Below, piece by piece: positions 1 to 11,265 of a DNA stretch of 64,000 nt. Numbering within the stretch: position 1 is the first letter of the stretch; each line of letters starts with the position of its first letter. The translations under genes and the position numbers were made by a program. The notes below the pieces were generated by a model, which had not been told where the DNA came from, searched no databases, and worked only from the letters and a program-made list of their open reading frames with translations. Source of the DNA: Utricularia gibba (lineage: Eukaryota > Plantae > Magnoliophyta); contig NEEC01000013.1 of NCBI GenBank assembly GCA_002189035.1, positions 2,852,001 to 2,916,000 of the forward strand, given 5' to 3'.

Positions 1-1074
1 AGCTGTAAATAAAGGCTTCCGCCTTCGCAACATGTTGAACCACGATCAAGACCAGACAAGAAAACACGATCACCTGCCGCGATCGTACCCTCAAATCCAT
101 CCCCAAATCCAAAAAACACTCAAGATGCCCTTCAAACGCGAGAACTAATCCACGAATCTAGCAGGGAATTGGGAGGATTCCGGAAATTTCTGGAGAAACT
201 CAACGGAATTGGACGTTATTATTTTCTTCCCTTTCCCAAAAAAAAAATCAGCAAGTTAATTCGGTGGTCCAATGCACCGCGTGGAGTGATTACGTGGAAC
301 GCAGCATCCAATAAATTCAGACATTGATGTGGCCCCTTCTTTCATTGGTTGCTCCTTGACCCAAACACATTCTGTGGGCCCCTTCCGTACGCAATTCAAA
401 GGGTAAAATCGGAAGAATAAATAACATGCTTTGACTTGGGTATAAGTTGTTTCACTGCGGTTTGTGAGTTCCGAATTTAGATTCTTCCTTAGATGTAGGA
501 GTGCTGGACATGATCTCCTTCAATGTGCAATGAGAGCGTGGCCCCAGGCTTCATCATCATGAAGTACGGGCTCGCTTGATCGCATTCATACCTGGTACTC
601 CTTGTAGATATATGGGCATGGAAGGTTTCAAGAAAAAACTAACCTGTGCAATGTTTCAGGTACCCAGAAACTCCTCCTACCAGGGAAGCTCTGTTGGTAG
701 TGCTTGAACAATGCGGGTGAGCTTAATGAATGCTTGAACATTTAGAAGCGTGCTTAGTTCCTAGTTAGCTGATAACAACGGCTGCTTCGCAATATTTTAC
801 TCAATCATGGTACTTGCATTATTCTGGCTGGTGATCCAACCGAAAATGTAGCTTGTCTGCGAGAGAGATTTGTCTACCTAACTCCTTTTACTTGCTTTTT
901 GTAGTGTGAGCTGCTATACCAGCGGCATTCAATTCTGGGGAAGTTACATGAATAATTTGTGATCTAGGCCGTGAGAATGGGGGCCTGGCTTCCAGTTTCC
1001 AGCACTATAAAATGCTGGAGGAAGCACATCTGGTTTTCAAGCTGAACCAGTTATTTGAGTTGTTGATTGCTAGG

Positions 1075-1515
1075 ATGGCCTGTTACAAATTTCTCCTTGC
1101 GTTGGCTCTCGCTGCCGTCTGTTTTTCCGCTGTCTCTGCGGCGGGCAATCGCCGCCTCCTGGCTCCGGTGTTCCCTGGACTCCCTGATCCCACCAGCACA
1201 ACCCCTAGATTTCAGGGCGCCACAGAGCCTGGCAGTTCAGTCCCTGGCTCGACATTCCCTGGTAGCATAGGCTTTGGCCCGACGACATTTCCCGGTGGGT
1301 TCCCTGGTTCATTCCCTGGTGCGGGATTTCCAGGTACTCTGATGCCGGATTTCGCAACACCCCTGTTCAATCCACAGGTCCTCCCTCCTTTCCTCCGAGG
1401 CGCCTCCCTGCCGAATGGTGGCAATGCTGGCTACCCTGGTGGTTCTCCGGTGTACGCCGGTACCGGGCCATACGGACTCTACAATAATCCACCCCAGATT
1501 CCAACTGTTCCTTGA
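1075..1515 (+). CDS. Secreted proline/glycine-rich protein (signal peptide plus FPG repeats), cell-wall type
   Basis: ATG 1075 opens MACYKFLLALALAAVCFSAVSAAGNRRLLA (hydrophobic signal peptide, RRLL motif), then repeated FPG units. TATAAAA at 1006-1012. Confidence 0.75.
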   Translation: MACYKFLLALALAAVCFSAVSAAGNRRLLAPVFPGLPDPTSTTPRFQGATEPGSSVPGSTFPGSIGFGPTTFPGGFPGSFPGAGFPGTLMPDFATPLFNPQVLPPFLRGASLPNGGNAGYPGGSPVYAGTGPYGLYNNPPQIPTVP

Positions 1516-2321
1516 ATCCGTTATGGTTCCTAGAGCTCCTTAGTTTCTTGTGTGTTGCGTGATGTCCTGTTGCCTTTCGCATTTTGCTTTGTTTCCCGTG
1601 TGATGTATCCAAATAAAGAAGTTCGTGTAGTCTGTTGGTGATCATAATATATTTCATATTTTGTTTTGCAACCTACGCTAGAAAGAAAAACGTTCTGCAT
1701 CAAACTCTAAAGGGAGGGGGCTCACAGAGCCCACAACCCATTGTTAACCACAGGGATATCCATTTTAACGTTCAGAAGCTCGAGTAGTCTACAGATAGAG
1801 GCGAATGAAAAACAGATAAAAAAACCCATCTTTCTTGCCTTTTTTGAATCTGGTTCATGGGTCATACATATTACAGGAGTAAAGCCGTAAGCCATTGATG
1901 ATCGTAAGGTCTTCATGGAGTACTGGAACCCCGGAAGAAGAATGGCTGCATTCGCAGAAAAAAAGAACCCAGATTCATTTCATATCATTAAAGCGAACAT
2001 TTTTAAGTGGAGTTTTCGTTGTATTGCATGGATCAGCAGGGAAAAGACGGACGAGGAATAATAATAATAATAAAATAGCACGCGCAGGAGAGCAGCGCAG
2101 GCGGTTGCTGGGGAGGTCGAAGGAGGGATATTGTGGTCATTTTTTCCGATCATAGTTCCTCTTTAATTCCTGAAAGTTTCCATTTTTTCTTCTCACGGAA
2201 GGCCAGATCTGTGAGTCTCCTTTCTCAGTCTGTTGTTTTTTGGAAACCCGCTTTTCCTCTTGATTGGGTCAATGTTTTTCATGCTCAAGTTTCGATTTTT
2301 CCGATTCAACTGTTTATCAGT

Positions 2322-2387
2322 ATGAACATGGTGTTACGATGCTCGCGGGTCCTTGCTTTGTTTTGTTTAGGTTTGCTAGTGATTTGA
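2322..2387 (+). promoter_or_regulatory. Short uORF (MNMVLRCSRVLALFCLGLLVI*) in the SAC51-family bHLH leader
   Basis: ATG 2322 (second ATG 2328) to TGA 2387. Position and ~20-aa length resemble the first uORF of SAC51-family leaders. Confidence 0.45.
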
Positions 2388-2460
2388 ATGCTGTTCTTTG
2401 ACATATTTCCTTTTCTGTCTGTTTGTTGTTTCTGGTCTTGCAGTGAACTGGTTCAATTCC

Positions 2461-2511
2461 ATGGGATCCAATCACTTCCCGTCCCTCGCCTGTTTTTTCT
2501 ACATTCTTTGA
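2461..2511 (+). promoter_or_regulatory. 16-aa uORF (MGSNHFPSLACFFYIL*) in the SAC51-family leader
   Basis: ATG 2461 to TGA 2509-2511. Same length as the recalled 16-aa SAC51 uORF. Confidence 0.5.
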
Positions 2512-2630
2512 CTCCAAATCGTTCCTGTCTCTCCCAGCTCTGATTTTGCGTTCACTTCTTCACATCAGATCTCCTTTTTCCCCCTGCTTTGCTACCATCT
2601 CTGCACTAGAGTGTATTGTTTTCCGAAGTT

Positions 2631-2875
2631 ATGGTTTGCCGAGGAGCAAGCAAGAGAAGATTCAGGGCTCTTAAACACGAGAATGTGCTTCCCGAGAGAT
2701 GCTCCGTTGGTGTTAGAGTAATAGCTTGCTTCCATCCATTGCAAAATTCCCAGGTTCGATCTTTGAATGTTCCCACTTCCCCATTTCATTCGAATCATTC
2801 TCGCAGAGCTGATTCCTGCTTACATTTTTGTCCCAGGCTGAGTATTTCCGTCAGTTGCTGAAGCCTGTCACGTAG
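2631..2875 (+). promoter_or_regulatory. Conserved-peptide uORF of the SAC51 family (53 aa, split by an intron)
   Basis: Exon 2631-2753 (MVCRGASKRRFRALKHENVLPERCSVGVRVIACFHPLQNSQ), GT-AG intron 2754-2836, exon 2837-2875 (AEYFRQLLKPVT*). The C-terminus matches the SAC51 thermospermine-responsive uORF (...QAEYFRLLLKPVT). Confidence 0.9.
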
Positions 2876-3089
2876 ATCTTCTCCAAGTTTACTGCTCTTA
2901 GACCAAGCCACAGATTACACCATTTCTTTTCCTTTTGTTATTGTGTTAGGCGTATTCCCATCGGTTTCCGGAAGGAACGGCATTATCTTGTAAGCTCGTT
3001 TCCCCTATGTTCTTTGAGGGGAGAACCCTTTGAAGCCTGAAAATACCATTCCGAATCATTCTTAGCAGGTATCTTGTTCTTCTGGCTGG

Positions 3090-3854
3090 ATGGTTACTTC
3101 ACGATCCTTTGATCCTTCTGTGACTGCTGTGAACTCGGATGCACGGGATGCAGTTCGTGAACCTTCTCAAAATTCGCAATGGGTGGTTGATCGCGGCCAT
3201 GGCTTTCGCGCCAAGCTGACGGATGGTTCTGACAAGATGTTCCTGGTTTTTGATCAGTCGTCTGGAGATGAAATGAGATTGTTCCTCAGCCATTCTATAG
3301 GCGCATCTTCCATGTCTGTGGCTGCTGCTGGTGCCAAGTGCCCTTATGAAGATGGCTCTACATCCCCATCTCAGAATGAGAAATGGGATGAGAACCATTT
3401 GACTGATGAAGGAACTGAAACCGGTGAAGACACAGAAGAGCTCAACGCCCTTCTCGTCTCCTCCGACAGCGACGGTGGTTACAGTGATGAGGATGAAGTT
3501 ACCAGCACCGGCCACTCCCCCTTCATCACTGAAGAGGAATGCAGCAAAGATGAACCACTTGATGAGCCCATAGGCTCTGATGGATTCCGAAAAAGGCGAA
3601 GGCTGCTGCTCAATAAGAAGTATGGTTCGCCCCCTTTCAACCTCACAGAGGATTCAGCATCAGGCTACGCTGCTTATGACTACAGAATCGAGAAGGGGGC
3701 AGAAATTCGTCGATTGCTGAAGACCTTGGAGACCATTCTTCCTGGTCTGAACAAGGATCATCATCCACTTTCCATCTTCGACAAAGCAATCGCCTACCTA
3801 AAATCCATGAAAGCAAAAGCCAAAGACATGGGATTGGCCTCCCCCAAAGACTGA
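3090..3854 (+). CDS. SAC51-like: SAC51/SACL-family bHLH transcription factor (bHLH142-145 group)
   Basis: Motifs FLVFDQS, EDTEELNALL, DEDEVTSTGHSP and a C-terminal atypical HLH (LETILPG...FDKAIAYLKSMK). Diagnostic uORF upstream. Confidence 0.88.
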   Translation: MVTSRSFDPSVTAVNSDARDAVREPSQNSQWVVDRGHGFRAKLTDGSDKMFLVFDQSSGDEMRLFLSHSIGASSMSVAAAGAKCPYEDGSTSPSQNEKWDENHLTDEGTETGEDTEELNALLVSSDSDGGYSDEDEVTSTGHSPFITEEECSKDEPLDEPIGSDGFRKRRRLLLNKKYGSPPFNLTEDSASGYAAYDYRIEKGAEIRRLLKTLETILPGLNKDHHPLSIFDKAIAYLKSMKAKAKDMGLASPKD

Positions 3855-4342
3855 TCATCTCGCTGTCAAACAGAAACCAAAGAAGGTAACCAGGAAGTTG
3901 TTAAAAGCATGATGAATGATAGTGGACAACCATGAAACGCCATGGATTGTGAGCATGCTTGCTGATTTTTGGGACCCGCCCCATCTTGTTTGTCTCCTTT
4001 GCCTGTAAAATCATGCGAGACAGACTGGTGTAAGACACTCGGTCTCGCATGTGTGTGTCTTGTAATAATCTGCTGCAATTATTGCACCCATGCTTTGTAC
4101 TTATCCTGTGTAACTCTTCCTGTTTGGGATCCACATCCTGTTCTATTGCACCATCTCTGGTTTTCAAACCCGATCCATAGAACTGACATATTATTGATAT
4201 TCAAGACAAGGTATCCATGGACAGAGCAGATGGCATGTCAAAAGTCATCCAACCATAGCATTAGACATGGTCTAAGAAAGAGTTCCAAGCCAATGTGTAA
4301 AGAATGTCGTCACACCAAAGGACTGAGGCTTCTGATCTGCAC

Positions 4343-6466
4343 TCATTCAGAAGTCGACTTGGGCTCAGGTCCGTACACATGTCCCATTTTCAAGCGCTTG
4401 GTCTCCAAGTATCTCTGGTTGTCTTTGGTGATAGGGGTGACGAGAGGGACTCTGCCAGAGACGGCCAGGCCGTATCCTTTTAAGCCACTGTACTTTGAGG
4501 GATTGTTTGTCATCAGCTTCATGGTTCTAACACCAAGATCTCTCAGTATCTGCAGTTGTTACATGACAGCAAAGGTGAAGGCTTTTTCTAGAACAAAGAC
4601 AGAGAGCAAAGCGAATAGTACCTGTGCGCCAATGCCGTACTCTCTGGAATCAACGGGCAATCCAAGCTCTTCATTTGCTTCTACAGTGTCTCTTCCGTTG
4701 TCCTGAAGATTGTAAGCACGAAGCTTGTGGCCTAGACCGATGCCTCGCCCCTCATGGCCACGGAGGTAAACCAGGATGCCCCGACCAGCAGCCTCAATCT
4801 GTTGCATAGCCAATGCCAACTGATTCCCACAGTCGCATCGAGTGGATCCGAATATGTCCCAGTTAGGCATTCTGAATGCACCCTGACGAGAACATCCAAA
4901 CCATCGCCAATGTCTCCCTGTTTAAGACATGGAACTGCTATATCTATCACCATTCAAGGGATAATAAACAGCACAGAGAGGCTTCCTGCTAACCTTAACC
5001 ATTGCCATGTGCTCAATCCCATCCAGGATTGACTTGAAGCAATGCAGAGTAAAGGGGCCACCCCACATCGTTGGAATACGAGCATTGGATGTATGCTCGA
5101 CTAGCCGATGCCTCTTCCTCTGATACCTGTAGAGGAGTACTTGTTTAGGGGCTTACAGAAGATGCACACCACTCATGGAAAAAGCACAAAATACCTTATC
5201 AGATCAGCTATGGACACAATTTTCAAATTTTCACGCATTGCAAGCTGCTGAAGTTTTGGGAATCTTGCCATAGAACCATCATCATCAACAATCTCACACA
5301 ACACCCCAGCAGGTTCCAATCCAGCAAGCACAGCAAGATCCAGGGCAGCTTCAGTATGCCCTGCTCTTTTTAAAACACCACCGTCCCTATACATAAGCGG
5401 AAATATGTGGCCTGGTCGATTGAAGTCCTCAGGCTTCGACTCTCGTGATGCAAGTGCCCTTATGGTTATCGAACGGTCTTGTGCTGAGACACCAGTTGTT
5501 GTACCGTATTTTGCATCCTACAATGATGTGAAACTGGATATCTCTAACAATGTTCACAAGTCCTCACACCCAATTTGGATTGCAGATAAAAGAACAGAGA
5601 TGAAAAAACTCCATAGTTCACTAACCACAGACACAGTGAATGCTGTAGAAAGTTTCTCTTCATTTTCCTTCTTGTTCACCATCAAAGGGAGCTGCAACCT
5701 CTCCAAGTCTTCTGATTTCATGCTCACACAAACAATCCCGGTTCCATGCTTCACGAAGAAAGCCATAGCCTCAGGTGTAACTTTCGATGCAGCCATTATT
5801 AGATCTCCTTCATTTTCTCTGTCTTCATCATCAACAACAACAACCATCTGCAATCCTAGCTCAAAAAGTGATTAACTAACTATCAAACGTTTGATAAACA
5901 TCAAAGGACAAAACTTCAAAACCAAACCTTTCCATTTCTAATATCATCGATAGCCTCGGAAATCGGAGAGAAACCTCGTGATGGCCGGTCCAAATCAAAT
6001 TCATCGTCCTCAACAGGGAAGCCACTTGATGTAGGAGCCACATCAGCTGAAAGTGTACTGAGCACTACAGCATCAGCTTGGGTCTCCACTTCGACAGATA
6101 GGTTATCAGCAATAACATTACTAGTTCCATTATGGCCACCAGCATGTTCAAGAATGCCGCCATCTCTTGAGTCTAATGCTGATTTAATTTTTAAACTGAC
6201 CCTTTTACAGGAACCCAGTCCTGGACTCATATTCTTGAAGGGCTGTCCACCATTTAAATAAAACACACGTCGCCAACTGAACTGACTGAAGCACCACAGA
6301 AAAAAAAAAAATAGTTGTATATTAGAGCAGGCGCATGCGGTTTCAAAGTTCTTGAAATTTGATCAAAGTAGACTCCTACGCCGAGATTCACCTCGGTATC
6401 CCAAACACGAATCCAAAACTCAGAAAAGAATGAGACCCAAAATCTACTATGGTTAAAGGATGTCAT
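4343..6466 (-). CDS. RIBA1: Bifunctional GTP cyclohydrolase II / DHBP synthase (riboflavin biosynthesis), multi-exon
   Basis: Exons carry [55 protein letters not shown] and a last exon [17 protein letters not shown]...EPKSTSE* (stop 4343-4345). Start codon uncertain (ATG 6466 is a guess). Confidence 0.9.
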
Positions 6467-7208
6467 GGTTCTGGACAACATCATACAAGAACTTTCGTTT
6501 CTATGGTAGTACTTAATAACTTGGAATTCATATGTCCTGTCAATACTATGGTAAAACAGGCTTCCATCTTTGTATTCTCCCAAAAGTCTATACTCGCGAG
6601 AATAGAAGACTAAGCCAGCAAACATTCAGGATTGAAACTCAAAGCCCCCACTAAACAAGCATGGAGAAAGAAGCGACCAGCAGACGTACTACAATTTGGG
6701 GCTCACCTGCAGCGATACGGAGGGCAATAGAAACTGATGGAAGCCATCAACCCTCCACCAGTGCGGAATCACAGATCACGTTTTTGAACAAGAAATCAGA
6801 ATATGTCACAATCCGATAAACGCCAGCCGAAACCTAGAGGAATATAGGCCTACGCAGAAGAAGATCAGGACAGGAAATGGATAAAAGCCGCCTGCCCAAT
6901 TGAGAAGTATGTAAAGAAATGTTATTATATTCTGGTTGGCTGACGAATTCACGAATAAGCAACAAATTGACCAGCAACTGGAACCCACAAAGACGATAAC
7001 CTATTTCCTTGAAATTTTGCCCAAGGGGAAGTTGCCAGACATCCGAGAGTCAAGTGGCGGTGCCGGCGACGCCTAGAACGACGGCGGTCGGACTGGTTGA
7101 ACCGGGCCAGTGAAAATTAAAAATGCCAAGTTCAATTTTGTGTTTCTTATGTTTTAATTAAAATTCAGGATATATTTGATGTAGTGATTGTATTCATAGC
7201 GCCTGAAT

Positions 7209-8680
7209 TCACAATCTACAACCGCACAGCTCCGATGTTCCTTTGGTATCTCTGGTCGCCGGCTCACGGCGGCGTGCCTCATCAAGAACCTTCGCTGCCC
7301 ATGAAGCGAAGTAGGATTCGTTGTAGCCAATCCGGCGATCCTTGAAAGAGGTCCTCACACACAGATCGGCATTCTTCGCATTGGAGCAATCGTGAGCCAC
7401 GGGATCCCTCCACACGCCTCGGTGTCTCATTCCGGATGAAGCTGCTAGCCACTGGTAGACATATTGGCCGATGCCCGCATGCTCAAGCCACCCCTTGGGG
7501 AAAAGCTCCATCACGCTGCTGTTTCTGTCCATCAGAACCAGGTTTGTGAGTTGGGCTCCGTGCGGGGATACCAGCACGTCTGTCTCACTCATCAACTTCA
7601 CCTGCATGCAAGAGGATAGATTGAAACGCCGGTGGACTGAGACATTTGGATTTTCGATCAATCAGATCAACTAACTTGTTCACAAAAGACAAGATTATCG
7701 GGATACGCAACGACCAGCCGACAACCTTCGACTTTCCGGCAAGCCCTTCTGAAAATTCCGATCACCGTCGACAAATTAGTGAACGCACGCGTCCCGTTTC
7801 TCACCAAGAGCGTCATCCCAATCTTGGCTGCTCTCTTATTAGCTACATCACTATCGGAGCTCACATCGCAATACGTCCTGGCTTTGCATCGCACCAAATC
7901 AAAAACCTTTACCGTTTCCTCGGAGCGCCTCGACATTCTAAAGCTATGCTTCACCACCAATGCCTTCTCAAAACACACTGGATCATCATCGTCGTTAGAC
8001 TTATCAAAGTATTTGATCCGAAACTTCCCATCAAATGTGGCCTCCATCACCTCCCTCAGCCATGAAATCACGCTCACTCTAAGCTCCCCCTTGTGAAACA
8101 ACACCCATCTTTCCGGTTTGAATCGGCATTCGCCGTTCAGGTACCATTCGACGAACGGCATCAAAGCTGACAAGCCGTGAAAGATGTTGTCATAGATGTA
8201 AAAGTTATCGCACACAAACGAGGTACCCCGCAGTCGAACTGCGTTGCTGGGAAGGTGTCCTGGCCAAGCCAGTGCATAAGAGTTCCATGATCCATCCACG
8301 GTGTTCCGACCCTTGATGCACAACACTCTACCCTTCGACTCCCTCGAAGGGAACTTCATCTCCTTTCCGCTACTGTTAACCGAACTCATGAACCAAGTGT
8401 TGCCCTCCATCGCACTATCCTTGAAACGTAAATCCTTCAAGGGGAGAAAAACAACCGAGTCTCGGAGCTTTGACCCCAACTCCTCCCGGCTCTGCTCCAT
8501 TCTCGAAGCCACGCCCCTAGCAAGCGACGGTGCGGACGGTGTCCTTGTCAGGTGAATCTGCAGAAAGGTGAAGACGAGTACAAAAGCTAGCAGAAGGTAA
8601 AGACCTTTCAACCCACACAAGAAACTGAACTTCATCATCATCATCAACATAACCCAAACCACGACGGGAATCAAATTCAT
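7209..8680 (-). CDS. Glycosyltransferase family 61 (DUF563) protein, 2 exons
   Basis: N-terminal membrane anchor, DGSWNSYALAWP, YDNIFHGLSA; intron 7602-7675; then DVLVSPHGAQLTNLVLMDRNSSVMELFPKGW, a GT61 signature. Confidence 0.85.
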
Positions 8681-9524
8681 CTCAAGTCTAGAATCATTCC
8701 CACCTGCAAAAAAAGTCAAAAGATCGTAGCTTTAGTTCATTTATACCTCGGAAAACAACAACACATAAGTAGCCTTCCTCCCCATACGGGCGATGTTAGA
8801 ATTCGGTTAAGGTTACCATAAATAAAAAACAAATTAAAAATTATCAAAGCAAGACAATTAATGGTCATTACAAGCTATGATTTCAATTTTTCATGTGTAG
8901 TACATTTATCTCATGGGAAATGAATTAATTTGTACGGTCAAAGAATAAAGTCGTACCATGTGTCTGTAAACGTACCTACATCCTACATTTGATTAGGGCT
9001 TAATTTAACGCGAATCAAAAGGTGTACGTACGTACTCGGTACTCCTGCCTACCTTAATAATTATTTGATTTTTTTTTCAAACGAAAATATATAATTAATT
9101 TATTTATTTACATCCCCCTCCCCCCCCCCCCCCCCACTTGGTAGTTAATAAAAATTTATCCTAAGATTTACCGAGAAAGGGTGCAACTATTAGGGCACAT
9201 TTTTCAATTCAGGTGTAGGGTTTAAAATATATTTGATAAATATATATTTAAAATAAAATTTAATTATTTATTTTAGCCCTAGTGATCGCAGTCTCTTTCT
9301 AATGGGAGACATATATGACCGTAGGATAGGAACGGATGGGGCAATCCAAGCCGTTCGGGTCGGGTTTGAGTTAGGTCTGGTGGATCCGGGTGGTTCCCGG
9401 GTCCGAGACCATTATTTAACCCGTAGTTAGTGATGGAGCGAATGATGCGAACCACGGTTAAGAGGATGAACTGACGGCTAGGTATCTTTATTGACGGCAA
9501 CGCAGCCATCAAAGCTCATAACAG

Positions 9525-11073
9525 ATGGGTTGCTCCACCGCTGCCTCAGTCGCCGTTCCGGGAAAACGGCACGCCGTCTGCGTGCCGTATCCGGCGCAGG
9601 GGCATATAAACCCCATGGTGAAACTCGCCAAGCTCCTCCACCACGAGGGCTTCCACATCACACTCGTCAACACCGAGTACAACCACCGCCGCCTCCTCAG
9701 GTCCCACGGCGGCGAAGCCCTCGCCGATCTACCGGGCTTCCGGTTCGCTTGCATCCCAGATGGGCTCCCGCCGTCGGACGCCGACGCCACTCAAGATATC
9801 CCTTCGCTTTGCCGTTCTACGTCGACGAATTGCTTGGAGCCGTTCTGTGACCTGCTCGAGGAGCTGAATAAGAACAAGTGTTTTCCGGAGGTGAGCTGCA
9901 TCGTTTCCGATGGGGTGATGAGTTTCACTCTAGCGGCGGCGGAGAGATTCCGGTTGCCGGAGGTTCTGTTCTGGACGACTAGCGCTTGTGGGCTACTTGC
10001 GTACACGCAGTACCGCCGCCTGGTTGACGACGGCGTCATCCCTCTCAAAGGTTCCAACACTTGACTCAATTGGTATTCTGCGGCATAAAAAAATAGCTTT
10101 TTTCCCGGAGATATTTGTAAATTGCTTATGTGCTGTTAGTGCAGAAACAGAGCAGATGACAAACGGTTACTTGGAAAAGGAGGTGGAGCTGGTTCCGGCG
10201 AGTAACCGGAAACTCCTCCGGTTGAGGGATTTTCCGTCCTTCATTCGAACAACCGATCCCCAAGACATTATGCTCAATTTCCTAATTCAAGAATCTGGCG
10301 CATTACCACGAGCTAAAGCCATCATCCTCAACACATTCGATGCCCTGGAGGAAGAATCTCTGGGCACCTTGTCGGAATTCTCACCTCCGATCTACACCGT
10401 CGGCCCGATTCATCGGCGCCTGCGGTATCTCCCCGACGATAGCGTGAAAGCCATCGACTCTAGTTTATGGAAGGAAGATCGTAGCTGCATCGCGTGGCTT
10501 AATGACAAGGCTCTGGGATCAGTAGTTTATGTTAATTTCGGCAGTATCACCGTTGTGACGGCGGCGCAGCTGACGGAGTTCGCGTGGGGATTGGCGAATA
10601 GTGGGCATCAATTTTTGTGGGTGATTCGGCCGGATATTGTTTCCGGTGCATCGGCGATGCTTCCGGCGGAGTTCGTGTCGGAGACGAAGGAAAGGGGGCT
10701 AATGATTAGCTGGTGCCCCCAGGAGGAGGTGTTGGAACACCCGGCGGTGGGTGTGTTTTTGACGCACAGCGGATGGAATTCGACTGTGGAGAGTATTAGC
10801 AGCGGCGTCGCGATGATTTGTTGGCCGTTTTTCGCGGAGCAGCAGACGAATTGCAGGTACAGTTGTGTGGACTGGGGGATCGGAATTGAGATCGATAATG
10901 TGAAGAGGGAAGAGGTGGAGGAGCTGGTCAGGGAACTGATGACCGGAGAGAAAGGGCGCAAGATGAAGGAGACGGCGTCCGAGTGGAGGCGAAAAGCGGA
11001 GGCTGCGGTGGCGCCAGGTGGCTCGTCGGAGTTGAACCTTAACAGGTTGATTAACGAGGGGTTGCTTGGGTAA
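9525..11073 (+). CDS. UGT85: UDP-glycosyltransferase, UGT85 family, 2 exons
   Basis: HAVCVPYPAQGHINPM start; intron 10051-10144 at PLK/E; PSPG box WCPQEEVLEHPAVGVFLTHSGWNSTVESISSGVAMICWPFFAEQ. Confidence 0.93.
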
Positions 11074-11265
11074 AGCACCATTAGTTATAAGAAACAATGT
11101 AATTCCAAGAAGTTTGTGGGCTGAAATAAAAATTTGGAAATTAAAAATAATAAATATATGGGTTGAATACGCAATTTCCACTAGTGGCCGGGTGTTTTAA
11201 GAATTTAAAAGACTTTACAGAGCCTAAGGTACAAGCAAACCCTTTTTTGCGTTGTGGTTCAGCTG

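Noticed and set aside
1-200. Possible first exon (MDLRVRSRQ, donor at about 73) of a minus-strand gene leaving the window
   Set aside because: Too little sequence to identify, and it could be a 5'UTR exon.
460-900. Moderately GC-rich stretch with splice-like sites
   Set aside because: All frames contain stops and I recognise no protein or RNA similarity.
3007-3033. Additional short uORF MFFEGRTL*
   Set aside because: Probably lies within a leader intron ending at the acceptor near 3068.
3969-4706. 245-aa + strand ORF
   Set aside because: Antisense shadow of the RIBA1 last exons and 3'UTR; no family features.
7646-8555. Several + strand ORFs
   Set aside because: Antisense to the GT61 coding exon.
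7209-11073. GT61 plus UGT85 as a biosynthetic gene cluster
   Set aside because: Only two unrelated glycosyltransferases, with no scaffold-forming enzyme nearby.
9491-11181. Overlapping alternative-frame and antisense ORFs
   Set aside because: Expected by-products of GC-rich UGT85 coding sequence.
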